In this document: positions 49,358 to 58,821 of the stretch, piece by piece | How the letters are laid out: every line of letters starts with the position of its first letter | Position numbering within the stretch: position 1 is the first letter of the stretch | Assembly: GCA_944392265.1 (NCBI GenBank) | Contig: CALXWC010000005.1 | Span: 737-64,736, forward strand | Source of the DNA: an uncultured Alphaproteobacteria bacterium | Lineage (GTDB): Bacteria > Pseudomonadota > Alphaproteobacteria > RF32 > CAG-239 | Direction of reading: 5' to 3' | Length of the DNA stretch: 64,000 nt | Program-made: the position numbers and the translations under genes | The notes under the pieces: generated by a model | Seen by the model: the letters and a program-made list of their open reading frames with translations, nothing else | Database searches by the model: none | Told to the model about the DNA's origin: nothing

Positions 49358-51415
49358 TTACAGTTGACCGGTTTTAAGCAAGTTAAAGTACTTATAGACG
49401 GAACCGTTTTCAATATCCCAACTAAAATCTTTATGCATAGCGGCTTGTTGCATCTTTTTGATTTTTTCAGGCTTATGAATATAGGTATTTATGGCATGAT
49501 TAAGTGTTTCGGTATAGGCATTTTCATTTGTTTTAACACGACGCGCCGTAATATTATTACCATATACATGCTCTTTTTTGGCAAAGAAGACTTCCGTTCT
49601 AAAACCATCTACACCCTCTTCAATTGTGTCAACCAAGCCACCTGTTGAAGTCGCCACAGGCAAAGCACCTTTAGCCATAGCTTCCATTTGGGTTAAACCG
49701 CAAGGCTCAAAGCGAGAAGGCATCATATAAAAATCTGCCGCCAACTGAATAGCATAGGCAAATTCATCTCGATATCCTCTGAACACATAAATTCTTTTAG
49801 CGGCAAGAGGATTAATTTCTGCTACCTTATCTTTCAAATCCGTCAAAATCTTAAAGTAATTAATATCTCCGGCACCGCCTAACACAAAAATCGGATATTC
49901 CCTGTAAGTATGATTTTCCAAAACATTCAAAATTGCTTTGGCGGCAATATCATAGCCTTTTTGCTCAACCAATCGGCTGGTTGCACAAAATACCGGAATT
50001 TCTTCAGGATTTCTGATTGTTTTTTCAATATCGTTAAACTTATAAATATCAATCAACGGAATAACCAAATTTTTATATTCTTTATCTTTGGCTATTCGAG
50101 AAATAAGTTTAATAAACTCAATTTTATTATGCAGTTTTACGTCTAAATGATTTTCATCATAATATTTAAAATCAGTATTTTTGAAATATGTATTAATGGC
50201 CTCAATCTTATTTTTCAAAGGAGCAATAAGTTTTTTGTCATAGCCGTTAACAATTCCATAAAAGTTACGATGGTCTTTTCTGATTTTTAACACATCACGA
50301 AAATCAAATCCCAAAGACTGTTCTTTAGAAACCTCTTCCATATAGTTTTTAGAAACCGTAATCACCCTGTCTGCCAAAAAGACGTTACATGCTGCCTGAT
50401 TATATGTATCTGACACAATCAAGCTGTTTGTAGTACGAGGATTTCCGTTTTTAATAGCTTTTGCATTTTTTAAAACCATGGATGAAAGATTTTCATACAA
50501 GGAGTTCAAAATACGAGCTGTATTTTCATAATCCCATCCCTGATAACCAAAGTGGTGCGCGATATAAATAACCGGAATAGATCTAAGCTTATGAGCCAAT
50601 TTATCATCAATCCAACCAGCCTCGGCTTGAGCCGTTGAAAAATATTTGGTTAAGCCGGATAATGCTCCACTATGCCAATCATTTGCCAAAAGGACATTTG
50701 GAGCCTTAATTTCTTTGCAATTTTCTTGTAAAATTTCTTTTAACAAAACATAAACCGCTTTGGAGAAAAAAGCAAAGCGTTCAACCTCATTAACATTAAA
50801 CTCATTCAAAACATAGCAACCGTCTTGAGCGGAAATATTTTTTTCACTGGGATTAATAGAAAAGAAGCGCGGACAATCTAAAAAGATATAATTGGTATTT
50901 TCAAATCTGGAGATATAAACATTTACCTTAAATTTACTCAAGGAAAAACGATTTCCATAAAAAGGAACAACTATTGTCTTAACCTTTTTAACCTGAACCT
51001 TTTTGCCCTCGGCACCATAAAAAACATCTTTTTCCAAATAAGATTTTTTCTTTCCAGTATTACCTTGATAAAGAGGGGTTACAACCGTAAAGGAATGACC
51101 GTCGGCATTAAATTTTTGGTTAAAACTTTCCGGTAATTCGGAAGCCACCATGCCCAAACCGCCCCACTTCATAAATGTTCCTGTTTCGGCAGAAACCATC
51201 CAAGCGTTAAGCAAATCTATTTCGGGCCAAGAGCGCTTGCCCATACATTGTTTTTTGGAAAGATTTTGAATTTCTTTAAGTCGTGTTTTATTGACAACGG
51301 GATAAACTATTGAAAACTTTTTTTTCTTATTAAACTTCTTATCCAGAGGTTTATACTGCTCATCCAAATCCGCGATGGCAACTTTGCTATTCATTACACA
51401 ACCTTCCATTGTCAA
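49358..51415 (-). CDS. GT5-family glycogen/starch-synthase homologue (GlgA-like) with long insertions
   Basis: 685 aa. KWGGLGMVASELP matches the K-x-GGL motif of glycogen/starch synthases. NDWHSGALSGL matches HDWHAGL. PSRFEPCGLTQMEAM matches GlgA SRFEPCGLTQ exactly. About 200 extra residues relative to ~480-aa GlgA. The start may be M8 (MNSKVAIADL). Confidence 0.8.
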   Translation of the reverse strand: MTMEGCVMNSKVAIADLDEQYKPLDKKFNKKKKFSIVYPVVNKTRLKEIQNLSKKQCMGKRSWPEIDLLNAWMVSAETGTFMKWGGLGMVASELPESFNQKFNADGHSFTVVTPLYQGNTGKKKSYLEKDVFYGAEGKKVQVKKVKTIVVPFYGNRFSLSKFKVNVYISRFENTNYIFLDCPRFFSINPSEKNISAQDGCYVLNEFNVNEVERFAFFSKAVYVLLKEILQENCKEIKAPNVLLANDWHSGALSGLTKYFSTAQAEAGWIDDKLAHKLRSIPVIYIAHHFGYQGWDYENTARILNSLYENLSSMVLKNAKAIKNGNPRTTNSLIVSDTYNQAACNVFLADRVITVSKNYMEEVSKEQSLGFDFRDVLKIRKDHRNFYGIVNGYDKKLIAPLKNKIEAINTYFKNTDFKYYDENHLDVKLHNKIEFIKLISRIAKDKEYKNLVIPLIDIYKFNDIEKTIRNPEEIPVFCATSRLVEQKGYDIAAKAILNVLENHTYREYPIFVLGGAGDINYFKILTDLKDKVAEINPLAAKRIYVFRGYRDEFAYAIQLAADFYMMPSRFEPCGLTQMEAMAKGALPVATSTGGLVDTIEEGVDGFRTEVFFAKKEHVYGNNITARRVKTNENAYTETLNHAINTYIHKPEKIKKMQQAAMHKDFSWDIENGSVYKYFNLLKTGQL

Positions 51416-51544
51416 TAATTCAAACCATCATAGTATGAGTTGAAAAACTAAAAACAAATTTCACCCAGACTATTGACTTGTGACTTAAATATCACTAGAT
51501 ATCTAAATATAAAATCAAGAAGTCAATTTGTAAAGAGGAAACAC

Positions 51545-52153
51545 ATGACTAAGGATAAAAATAACGAGCAAGAATTTGACAAAGCAAGCTTTGAAAATTC
51601 AGCAGAAAATCTTGAAGATACAGCGCTACAAACTTCTGAAGAAGAAGCTGTGGCCGAACAAGCCGAAGCAGGAGATTTTTCTCAAATTGAAAAAGACAAT
51701 ATTGAAGCTTTGCGCCTCGAAAATGCTCATCTTAAAGATGAATATTTAAGAGCTTTGGCTGAAAGTGAAAACACCAAGAAAAGATGCGCTCAAGAAATTG
51801 AAAAAAACAACAAATATGCGATTTCTTCTTTTGCCAAAAACTTATTAAGCGTTGCAGATAACCTGCACAGAGCCATTGAAGCTGCTTCTCAAAACGCTGA
51901 AAATTGCCAAGATTTACTCAAAGGCGTTGAAATGACTGAAGCTGAATTGATGAAGGTATTCAATAAACACGGCATCAGCAAAATGGAAATTATGGGCACC
52001 GTTTTTAACCCGAATTTTCATCAGGTTATTCAAGAAGTTGAAGATAAAGACAAACCAAACGGAACCATCATTGCCGAACTTCAAACCGGCTATATGATTA
52101 ATGACCGTATCTTGCGTGAAGCCATGGTTGTGGTTAGCAAAGGTGGAAAATAG
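51545..52153 (+). CDS. grpE: Nucleotide exchange factor GrpE
   Basis: Start at MTKDKNNEQ preceded by aagaggaaacac. GrpE coiled-coil and C-terminal beta-domain (GTVFNPNFHQVIQEV...GYMINDRILREAMVVVS). The track ORF begins upstream at 51473. Confidence 0.88.
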   Translation: MTKDKNNEQEFDKASFENSAENLEDTALQTSEEEAVAEQAEAGDFSQIEKDNIEALRLENAHLKDEYLRALAESENTKKRCAQEIEKNNKYAISSFAKNLLSVADNLHRAIEAASQNAENCQDLLKGVEMTEAELMKVFNKHGISKMEIMGTVFNPNFHQVIQEVEDKDKPNGTIIAELQTGYMINDRILREAMVVVSKGGK

Positions 52154-52180
52154 ACCAAAAAAATTAAACTTAAAATAAAA

Positions 52181-52222
52181 AAAGAGAGAAAGGCTTTTGC
52201 CAATCTCTCTTTTTTTATTTTC
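52181..52222. terminator. Bidirectional terminator shared by grpE (+) and the 163-aa ORF (-)
   Basis: aaaaaaa-gagaga-loop-tctctc-tttttttatttt. Confidence 0.65.
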
Positions 52223-52231
52223 GAGCTGAAA

Positions 52232-52723
52232 TTACATACCAAGTTTGGCAAGCATCTCCGCTGAGAACAAACCGCCCATGGAGGTAGAAGCATGCTTAAC
52301 TTCGGGTGCCGCATACTTTTCAGCAAGCTCATCTTGTCCAAGTTCTTCCAGACATTCTACAGCATCATCTGAAAGAAAAGTTCCTTGAGGGTTTTCTTTG
52401 GAGTATGCTTCGAGCAAATCCCAATCCTCAAGTTCTACCAAAAGAACCTCATTTTCAGGATTAAGAGAGCAGCCAACCACCGCACGGCGCACCAAATCCA
52501 TATCTGGCTCCTCCGCAGAAAGAACGGCATTTACAAATTCTTTACAAGGACGACGCATTGACAAATACAAGTCCCTACTCTCTTTGCGTTCAGGCTCCAG
52601 AAGAAGCAACTGATTTGCCGGCAGCAGCCAATATTTTTCAAAATATGCTTTCTGCTCTTCCAATGAAGCGTTAAGAACTTGTAATTCCACTCTCTTTGAT
52701 GGGTGTTCGATTTTTTGTGCCAT
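52232..52723 (-). CDS. Hypothetical acidic protein (163 aa)
   Basis: Clean ORF with its own upstream intergenic region (~200 bp) and shared terminator. No motif recognised. GC appears slightly higher than the surroundings. Confidence 0.45.
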   Translation of the reverse strand: MAQKIEHPSKRVELQVLNASLEEQKAYFEKYWLLPANQLLLLEPERKESRDLYLSMRRPCKEFVNAVLSAEEPDMDLVRRAVVGCSLNPENEVLLVELEDWDLLEAYSKENPQGTFLSDDAVECLEELGQDELAEKYAAPEVKHASTSMGGLFSAEMLAKLGM

Positions 52724-52920
52724 AATTAAATTTTTTTAGAATTAAAGAAAAGACCAGACAATCTTTCTTCTTAAAAAAATTCTATTAAATTGAAATCAGA
52801 TAAAAACCTGATTGCCTGCCAAAATAATAGAACATAAATAATTTTACATTGAAAAAATTTATACCACAAATTTTAGGTCTGGTCAACATTGCTTAGACAA
52901 AATTTTCTTAAAAAATATAC

Positions 52921-52966
52921 ATACCAAAACCGCTGATTTTTTTATCAATCAGCGGCTGTTTTTGTT
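52921..52966. terminator. Terminator downstream of ftsK (-)
   Basis: ccgctgatt-loop-aatcagcgg flanked by A/T runs on both strands. Confidence 0.65.
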
Positions 52967-52985
52967 GATAATTTGGTAGGTAAGC

Positions 52986-55256
52986 TTATAAAACTTCTCG
53001 ACGTCCCACATGGTCGGCAGCAGATACCACACCTTCTTCTTCCATGCGTTCGATTAAAGAAGCGGCACGGTTATAACCGATACGGAGTTTGCGTTGAATA
53101 TAAGAAGTTGAGGCTTTTTTATCATTGCGCACAATTTCAACAGCTTGCATATACAAGTCTTCATCGCCGCCGTCTCCGCCACCCATAGCTGTTTTATCAA
53201 AGACCGCTCCGCCGGAACCTTTCTCATTCAACTCACCGTCTGTTACACCTTCAACATATTCCGGCTCTTTTTGAGATTTTAAGAACTCGACCACTTTTTC
53301 CACTTCACTATCTTTTACAAAACTACCATGAACACGAAGAGGTCTTTGACCGGCAGGCATATAAAGCATATCACCCATACCCAAGAGTTGCTCTGCACCT
53401 TGCTCGCCCAAAATGGTACGGCTATCGATTTTTGAAGTTACTTGGAAGCTGATACGCGTTGGGAAGTTTGCTTTAATTGTACCGGTGATAACATCCACAG
53501 ACGGACGTTGGGTTGACATAATCAAATGCAAACCGGCGGCACGAGCCATTTGTGCCAAACGCTGAATGGCTGCTTCCACTTCTTTTCCGGCCACAAGCAT
53601 CAAATCGGCCATCTCATCCACCACAATCACAATGTATGGCAATGGGGTTAAGTCTAACTCTTGTTCTTCAAAAATAGGTTGTCCGGTTTCTTTATCAAAT
53701 CCGGTCTGAACCGTACGAATAACTTTTTCTCCGCTAGCTTTGAGCTCTTTTAATTTTTGGTTATAACCAACAATATTGCGCACATTAAGCTTAGCCATGG
53801 CACGATATCTGTCTTCCATCTCTCTAACCGCCCATTTCAAACCGATAACCGCTTTGGCCGGATCGGTAATCACCGGAGTTAACAAGTGAGGAATTCCGTT
53901 ATACATAGAAAACTCAAGCATTTTTGGGTCAATCATGATGAGTTTACATTCATCAGGGCGCATTCTGTAAAGCAAAGACAAAATCATTGAGTTCACCCCA
54001 ACAGATTTACCGGAACCTGTAGTACCGGCAACCAACAAGTGCGGCATTCTGGACAAGTCGGCATAAACATTGCGTCCGCCAATATCTTTACCCAAAACCA
54101 CATTAAGGATGTTTTTAGATTCATCAAAAGCCTTGTCTTCAAGGAGTTCTCTAAGCCATACGGTTTCACGTTTTGTATTCGGCATTTCAATACCGATGGT
54201 ATTAGACCCCGGAACCACGGCAATACGAACAGACACCACAGACATTGAGCGTGCAATATCATCTGCCAAACCAATAACACGGGCGGTTTTTGTACCCGGA
54301 GCAGGTTCTAATTCATACAAAGTAACCACCGGACCCGGACGAACCTTAACAATTTTGCCATTAACACCAAATTCTTGCAAAACATTTTCCAAATCTCTGG
54401 CAATGGCTTCCAATTCTTTTTCGTTAACCTGTCCGGCATTTTTATCCTTGACCATAGAAAGCAAATTAACGCTCGGTTTTTGATAACCATCATCAATCGA
54501 CTTATTTTTAAGAGTTGTTTTTGGTGCGGCGTTTTCTTTATCTGTCGCAGAAAAAGTCGGTTCTTTTTTCTCTTTAACCTTTTTAGGCTTAACCACACGT
54601 TGTTCTTTTTCTTCGGTTCTGGCAAAACGTCCAAAATTAAAAATAGCTTTGCAACACTGAGCAATAAGAGCAAAAAATCTGGAAACCGCTTTTGCCACGG
54701 CTTTTGCCCAAGCCCACCAATTTTTATAAGTAATTCCGACGGCAAAATCAAAAGCCAATATGGTTAATACGGTTAAAATAAAAGCAAAAATACATGTTCC
54801 GTAAGCATAAACATAAATCTGCTTAAACAAAGTCAGCAAATGTCTGGCAAAAAAGACACCGATATTTCCGCCGATTTTTCCCAAACCCAAAGTTTGCGGA
54901 ACCAAGCTTAATAAAACAGACAAGCATAGTGTTCCAAAGAAAAAAGCAAAAATTCGGCTATATGGATTAATAATCTCTCTTAACCTTAATAAATGATACC
55001 CCCAAACCAACGGAGCCAACAAAAACACAGGCAAAGCCCACCCCAACCAAGATAATGTAAAATCAGCAGAAGTTGCGCCTAAAGAACCAAAAAAGTTATG
55101 AACAACGTCAGATGCCGTGTTATATGATGAATCCGCCGGATTAAAAAAGAACACGCTCACAAACAAAAACACAACAAACAACATCATCAAAGCGCCCAAC
55201 AGACGAATTGATAACTTTGCCAAAAAACTTTTCTCTTTTTTCTTCTTTTTTGCCAT
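52986..55256 (-). CDS. ftsK: DNA translocase FtsK
   Basis: 756 aa. N-terminal transmembrane segments, Pro/Lys-rich linker, motor domain with Walker A GTTGSGKSV, C-terminal winged-helix gamma domain. Confidence 0.92.
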   Translation of the reverse strand: MAKKKKKEKSFLAKLSIRLLGALMMLFVVFLFVSVFFFNPADSSYNTASDVVHNFFGSLGATSADFTLSWLGWALPVFLLAPLVWGYHLLRLREIINPYSRIFAFFFGTLCLSVLLSLVPQTLGLGKIGGNIGVFFARHLLTLFKQIYVYAYGTCIFAFILTVLTILAFDFAVGITYKNWWAWAKAVAKAVSRFFALIAQCCKAIFNFGRFARTEEKEQRVVKPKKVKEKKEPTFSATDKENAAPKTTLKNKSIDDGYQKPSVNLLSMVKDKNAGQVNEKELEAIARDLENVLQEFGVNGKIVKVRPGPVVTLYELEPAPGTKTARVIGLADDIARSMSVVSVRIAVVPGSNTIGIEMPNTKRETVWLRELLEDKAFDESKNILNVVLGKDIGGRNVYADLSRMPHLLVAGTTGSGKSVGVNSMILSLLYRMRPDECKLIMIDPKMLEFSMYNGIPHLLTPVITDPAKAVIGLKWAVREMEDRYRAMAKLNVRNIVGYNQKLKELKASGEKVIRTVQTGFDKETGQPIFEEQELDLTPLPYIVIVVDEMADLMLVAGKEVEAAIQRLAQMARAAGLHLIMSTQRPSVDVITGTIKANFPTRISFQVTSKIDSRTILGEQGAEQLLGMGDMLYMPAGQRPLRVHGSFVKDSEVEKVVEFLKSQKEPEYVEGVTDGELNEKGSGGAVFDKTAMGGGDGGDEDLYMQAVEIVRNDKKASTSYIQRKLRIGYNRAASLIERMEEEGVVSAADHVGRREVL

Positions 55257-55318
55257 AATTAACTAACCCATAAATAAACATTTATGCCAGAATATAGCTC
55301 AAAATCCTCAAAATATTA

Positions 55319-55792
55319 TTAATATTCTAAAGAACTATAATCTGGATGATGCATTCCCTGCATATATCTTGGGTCTGTTTGTTTAATTAAAATAGCTCTT
55401 TTAATTTTAGCGATGGCATCTTCTTTTTCTGTTAAAGTATAAGCTTTAGATTTGCTACCCCAAACCGGATTAGGCCAGTTTGCATCACCTTGTTTACGGC
55501 AAATAACGTCAACACAAAGTTGAGGACAACGATTTCCAAGCACGGCAACATTAGTTTGCTCGCAAGGAAAATTCTCCGACATTACTTCTTCGCACAAATC
55601 AATTTCGCGCATAAGCTGTAAGCGCTCTTCCATACACAAATTAAGCATATTTTTAGCGTGAGGAACTTTCGGAACCAAAATAATCCACGGATAAAGTGCA
55701 TTATCTTCCAACAAAACACGACATTGTTTCAAATCAACAATAAAATCTTTTTTAGCCAATTCTGGATCTAACTCAAACATTTTGTGCCTCAA
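55319..55792 (-). CDS. HIT-fold protein with degenerate histidine triad
   Basis: 157 aa. Aligns by eye to the Fhit/Hint core: YPWIILVPKVPHAKNMLNL matches the PGHVLVCPLRPV region, and NVAVLGNRCPQLCVDVICRKQGD matches [30 protein letters not shown] therefore sits where HxHxHxx is expected. There is no HxHxH anywhere in the protein. Confidence 0.55.
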   Translation of the reverse strand: MRHKMFELDPELAKKDFIVDLKQCRVLLEDNALYPWIILVPKVPHAKNMLNLCMEERLQLMREIDLCEEVMSENFPCEQTNVAVLGNRCPQLCVDVICRKQGDANWPNPVWGSKSKAYTLTEKEDAIAKIKRAILIKQTDPRYMQGMHHPDYSSLEY

Positions 55793-55950
55793 TAAAAAAA
55801 TTATTAATGAGAGCTTATAGACTCCAATTAATTAATATGTCATTAAAAAATAAAGAGATAATCAACGGTTTATAAAGGTTTTTTAAGACTTGACTTTTTT
55901 GTCATATACGTTAAAGCTTTTTTTGATGTTAATAATAAGGAAATCTATGA

Positions 55951-56901
55951 ATGACTAGAGCTTTCGTATTTCCCGGACAAGGATCACAATTTGTCGGCAT
56001 GGGAAAAGAATTGGCTGAAAATTTCAAATCAGCTAAAGAAGTTTTCGAAGAAGTCAATGAAGCATTAAATCAAGACTTGTTCAAAATTATGGTAGAAGGT
56101 CCTGAAGCGGACCTAACAATGACCAGCAACGCACAACCGGCCTTAATGGCAAATTCTATGGCTGTTGTTCGTGTTTTGGAAAAAGAATTCGGTATTAACT
56201 TAAAAGATAAAGCCGCTTTCGTTGCCGGACACTCTTTGGGTGAATATTCTGCAGCCTGCGCTGCCGGTGTATTTTCACTGACAAACACGGCAAAATTATT
56301 GCGTACCCGCGGTGATGCTATGCAAAAAGCCGTTCCATTAGGTGTTGGCGGTATGGCTGCCGTTATTGGTTTAAGTGCAGAAAAAGTACACGAATTGGCT
56401 GATGCTTGCGCTGATGAAAACAATGTATGCGTTTGCGCCAATGACAACTCAGACGGACAAATCGTTATTTCTGGCCACATGGCTGCCATTGACAAGGCCG
56501 TTGAAATCGCCGGCCCTGAATTTGGAGCTAAACGTTGCTTAAAACTTCCGGTAAGCGCACCTTTCCACAGCCCGTTAATGAAACCGGCTGCCGAAGTTAT
56601 GGCCAAAGCTTTACACGAAGTTGAAGCTCATGATGCCAATATTCCGTTGATTGCCAATGTCTTAGCTTCCGCAATCAGCAAAAAAGAAGAAATCATTCAA
56701 CACTTAATTGAACAAGTAACAGGTTCTGTTCGTTGGAGAGAAAGTGTTGCTTATATGAAAAATAACGGCATAACCGATGTTGTAGAACTCGGCGCCGGTA
56801 AAGTTTTGTCTGGTCTGGTAAAAAGATGCGACAAAGAAATCAATGCAATTTCAGTTGGTTCTGCTGCTGAAATTGAAGAATTGGCTAAAAGTTTAATTTA
56901 A
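55951..56901 (+). CDS. fabD: Malonyl-CoA:ACP transacylase
   Basis: 316 aa. FPGQGSQ and GHSLGEYSA motifs. Confidence 0.93.
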   Translation: MTRAFVFPGQGSQFVGMGKELAENFKSAKEVFEEVNEALNQDLFKIMVEGPEADLTMTSNAQPALMANSMAVVRVLEKEFGINLKDKAAFVAGHSLGEYSAACAAGVFSLTNTAKLLRTRGDAMQKAVPLGVGGMAAVIGLSAEKVHELADACADENNVCVCANDNSDGQIVISGHMAAIDKAVEIAGPEFGAKRCLKLPVSAPFHSPLMKPAAEVMAKALHEVEAHDANIPLIANVLASAISKKEEIIQHLIEQVTGSVRWRESVAYMKNNGITDVVELGAGKVLSGLVKRCDKEINAISVGSAAEIEELAKSLI

Positions 56902-56915
56902 TAAGGAAAATAGAC

Positions 56916-57653
56916 ATGTTCGAATTACATGATAAAGTAGCTTTGATTACCGGTGCTGCCGGTGGTTTAGGCGACAAAATTGCCCGCACTTTGCACAAAC
57001 AAGGCGCCACATTGGCTTTGACCGATATGCGTGAAGAACCAATGCTCAAACTCAAAGAAGAATTGGGTGACCGCGTAGAAGTTTTCACGGCTAACTTAAC
57101 CAACGCTGACGATGTTAAAAACTTGGTTGCTAAAGTTGAAGAAAAATTGGGTCGTATTGACATTTTGGTAAACAACGCCGGCTTAACCAGAGATAACTTG
57201 TTTATGCGCATGAGCGATGAAGATTGGCAATTGGTATTAGATGTTAACCTTTCTGCCGGCTTCAAATTGGCAAAAGCAGCTGTTCGCGGCATGATGAAAC
57301 GTCGTTTTGGTCGTATCATCGGTATTGCTTCCGTTGTTGGTGTAACCGGAAACGCTGGTCAAGCAAACTACTCTGCATCTAAAGCAGGTATGATTGCTAT
57401 GAACAAATGCTTGGCTCAAGAAGTTGGTTCTCGCGGTATTACCGTAAACTCAATTGCTCCTGGTTTCATCCGCACTCCGATGACAGATGTTTTGCCAGAC
57501 GATGTTAAAGCTGCTTTGCTTGCAAAAATTCCTGAAGGCAAACTTGGTGAAGCTCAAGATATTGCTAACGTTGTTGCTTTCTTGGCATCAGATGAAGCTC
57601 AATACATCACAGGTCAAACCATCAACATCAACGGTGGTATGGCTATGATTTAA
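56916..57653 (+). CDS. fabG: 3-oxoacyl-ACP reductase
   Basis: 245 aa. TGAAGGLG Rossmann motif, NNAG, and YSASKAG catalytic motif. Confidence 0.93.
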   Translation: MFELHDKVALITGAAGGLGDKIARTLHKQGATLALTDMREEPMLKLKEELGDRVEVFTANLTNADDVKNLVAKVEEKLGRIDILVNNAGLTRDNLFMRMSDEDWQLVLDVNLSAGFKLAKAAVRGMMKRRFGRIIGIASVVGVTGNAGQANYSASKAGMIAMNKCLAQEVGSRGITVNSIAPGFIRTPMTDVLPDDVKAALLAKIPEGKLGEAQDIANVVAFLASDEAQYITGQTININGGMAMI

Positions 57654-57675
57654 GGCTTAAAGCCTCATACAAACA

Positions 57676-57712
57676 AAAAGCACTTGTTCTTATTTGAACA
57701 AGTGCTTTTTTT
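57676..57712. terminator. Strong bidirectional terminator after fabG (+) and the 160-aa ORF (-)
   Basis: aaaa-agcacttgttc-ttattt-gaacaagtgct-tttttttat. 11-bp perfect stem. Confidence 0.75.
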
Positions 57713-57736
57713 ATACCTCCAAAAGGGTATATCCGT

Positions 57737-58219
57737 CTAAAAAAAAACGCCTTTATCGTCAACTTGAATAGGACGTGTTATTTTTATTCTTCGACCATCC
57801 ATTAAAAACACATAATGAATCAGCACATTTTCTCTTTTCTCTGAACCCCCTATATCTTTAACAAAAAACAACTTATCACCACAAATAAGAACGCAATAAC
57901 ATAGTTTTCTGTTTCTACAGTGAAAAACATATATAACATGATTTCGTTGTTCTAGCTTTCCAAACATCAATGGATAAGGGTTATACCTTGAAAAATTATA
58001 AAAATCTCCTGATATATGCACAGGAACAGATTGATCAAACTCAAATAATAAAGGCTTTTCAAAACAATCTTGAATCACAAAAAAATCTTTTTGCATAACA
58101 ACAAGTTTGCTTCCGGCAAGAGTCTTTAAAAATGAGCGAAAAACGCCCGTTCTTTCATCATAAAACTGCCAATTTTGATAATTTCCATGTTCTATAAAAC
58201 GAATTTTTTCCATAAACAA
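57737..58219 (-). CDS. Hypothetical protein (160 aa), no recognisable domain
   Basis: Clean ORF ending in ...DDKGVFF, immediately followed by the bidirectional terminator. Cys/Phe/Tyr-rich. No motif recognised. Confidence 0.45.
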   Translation of the reverse strand: MFMEKIRFIEHGNYQNWQFYDERTGVFRSFLKTLAGSKLVVMQKDFFVIQDCFEKPLLFEFDQSVPVHISGDFYNFSRYNPYPLMFGKLEQRNHVIYVFHCRNRKLCYCVLICGDKLFFVKDIGGSEKRENVLIHYVFLMDGRRIKITRPIQVDDKGVFF

Positions 58220-58296
58220 AAATTTTAATAATTCGACATAAAGATAATAAACATTAAATTCAATATATAAACAAAAAACTCTTTGTCAAAAATTTT

Positions 58297-58821
58297 CTAT
58301 ATAAAAAAGAAACAATCCTCTTCTAAAACAAAACCTTCATCTTCTTGTTGTTTAGCATACTCGGGTTTTAGGATACCTCCTTTTTTTATATAAAAATTAT
58401 AAGCTTTTTCATTACCTTTCAATGCAAACAGATAAAAACCTTCCTTTACCTCATTTGCAAAAGCTTTTATTAATGCAGAGCCATATCCAAGATTCTGACA
58501 AGCGTCATCCACATAAAGGGCATAAAGTTCAAAATTAAGAAAAATATTTTCATCTCTGGCCTTTCCACCCCAAGCAAAAGCAACAACTTTACCATCATTA
58601 TTTTCCGCAACCAAAATAACATCTTTATGAGCTTTAATACGATTCTCCCAGCGCAAAACTCTTTCTGAGGAAAAATTTCTTTTTTGCAAAATAAATTGCG
58701 GTATCAGATTCGCATAAGCCTTTTGCCAGCAATTGCAATGTATTTGAGCAATCAAAAAAGCATCAAAAACCTCTGCATAACGTATTTTCATGATTGATTC
58801 CTGAAAAAAAAGTTGATTCAT
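58297..58821 (-). CDS. GNAT-family N-acetyltransferase
   Basis: 174 aa. Acetyl-CoA binding region LYVDDACQNLGYGSALIKAF (motif A pattern Q/RxxGxG/A). The start may be MKIRYAEV (58791). Confidence 0.7.
   Translation of the reverse strand: MNQLFFQESIMKIRYAEVFDAFLIAQIHCNCWQKAYANLIPQFILQKRNFSSERVLRWENRIKAHKDVILVAENNDGKVVAFAWGGKARDENIFLNFELYALYVDDACQNLGYGSALIKAFANEVKEGFYLFALKGNEKAYNFYIKKGGILKPEYAKQQEDEGFVLEEDCFFFI

Noticed and set aside
51416-51544. Search for a CIRCE (HrcA operator) inverted repeat upstream of grpE
   Set aside because: No TTAGCACTC-N9-GAGTGCTAA-like element is present. Only a sigma70-like -35/-10 pair is visible, so no CIRCE feature is reported.
56070-56606. 178-aa minus-strand ORF within fabD and 144-aa ORF 56885..57319 within fabG
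   Set aside because: Antisense to highly conserved fabD/fabG motifs (GHSLGE, YSASK). Ala/Ser-rich shadow translation.
57737-58821. GNAT acetyltransferase plus adjacent small ORF as a possible GNAT toxin-antitoxin module
   Set aside because: Known GNAT toxin modules have a short (~90-aa) DNA-binding antitoxin immediately upstream of, and overlapping, the toxin. Here the partner is downstream, is 160 aa long, is separated by 77 bp, and shows no RHH or HTH signature. I therefore call it a generic GNAT, though the interval is still flagged as an insert.
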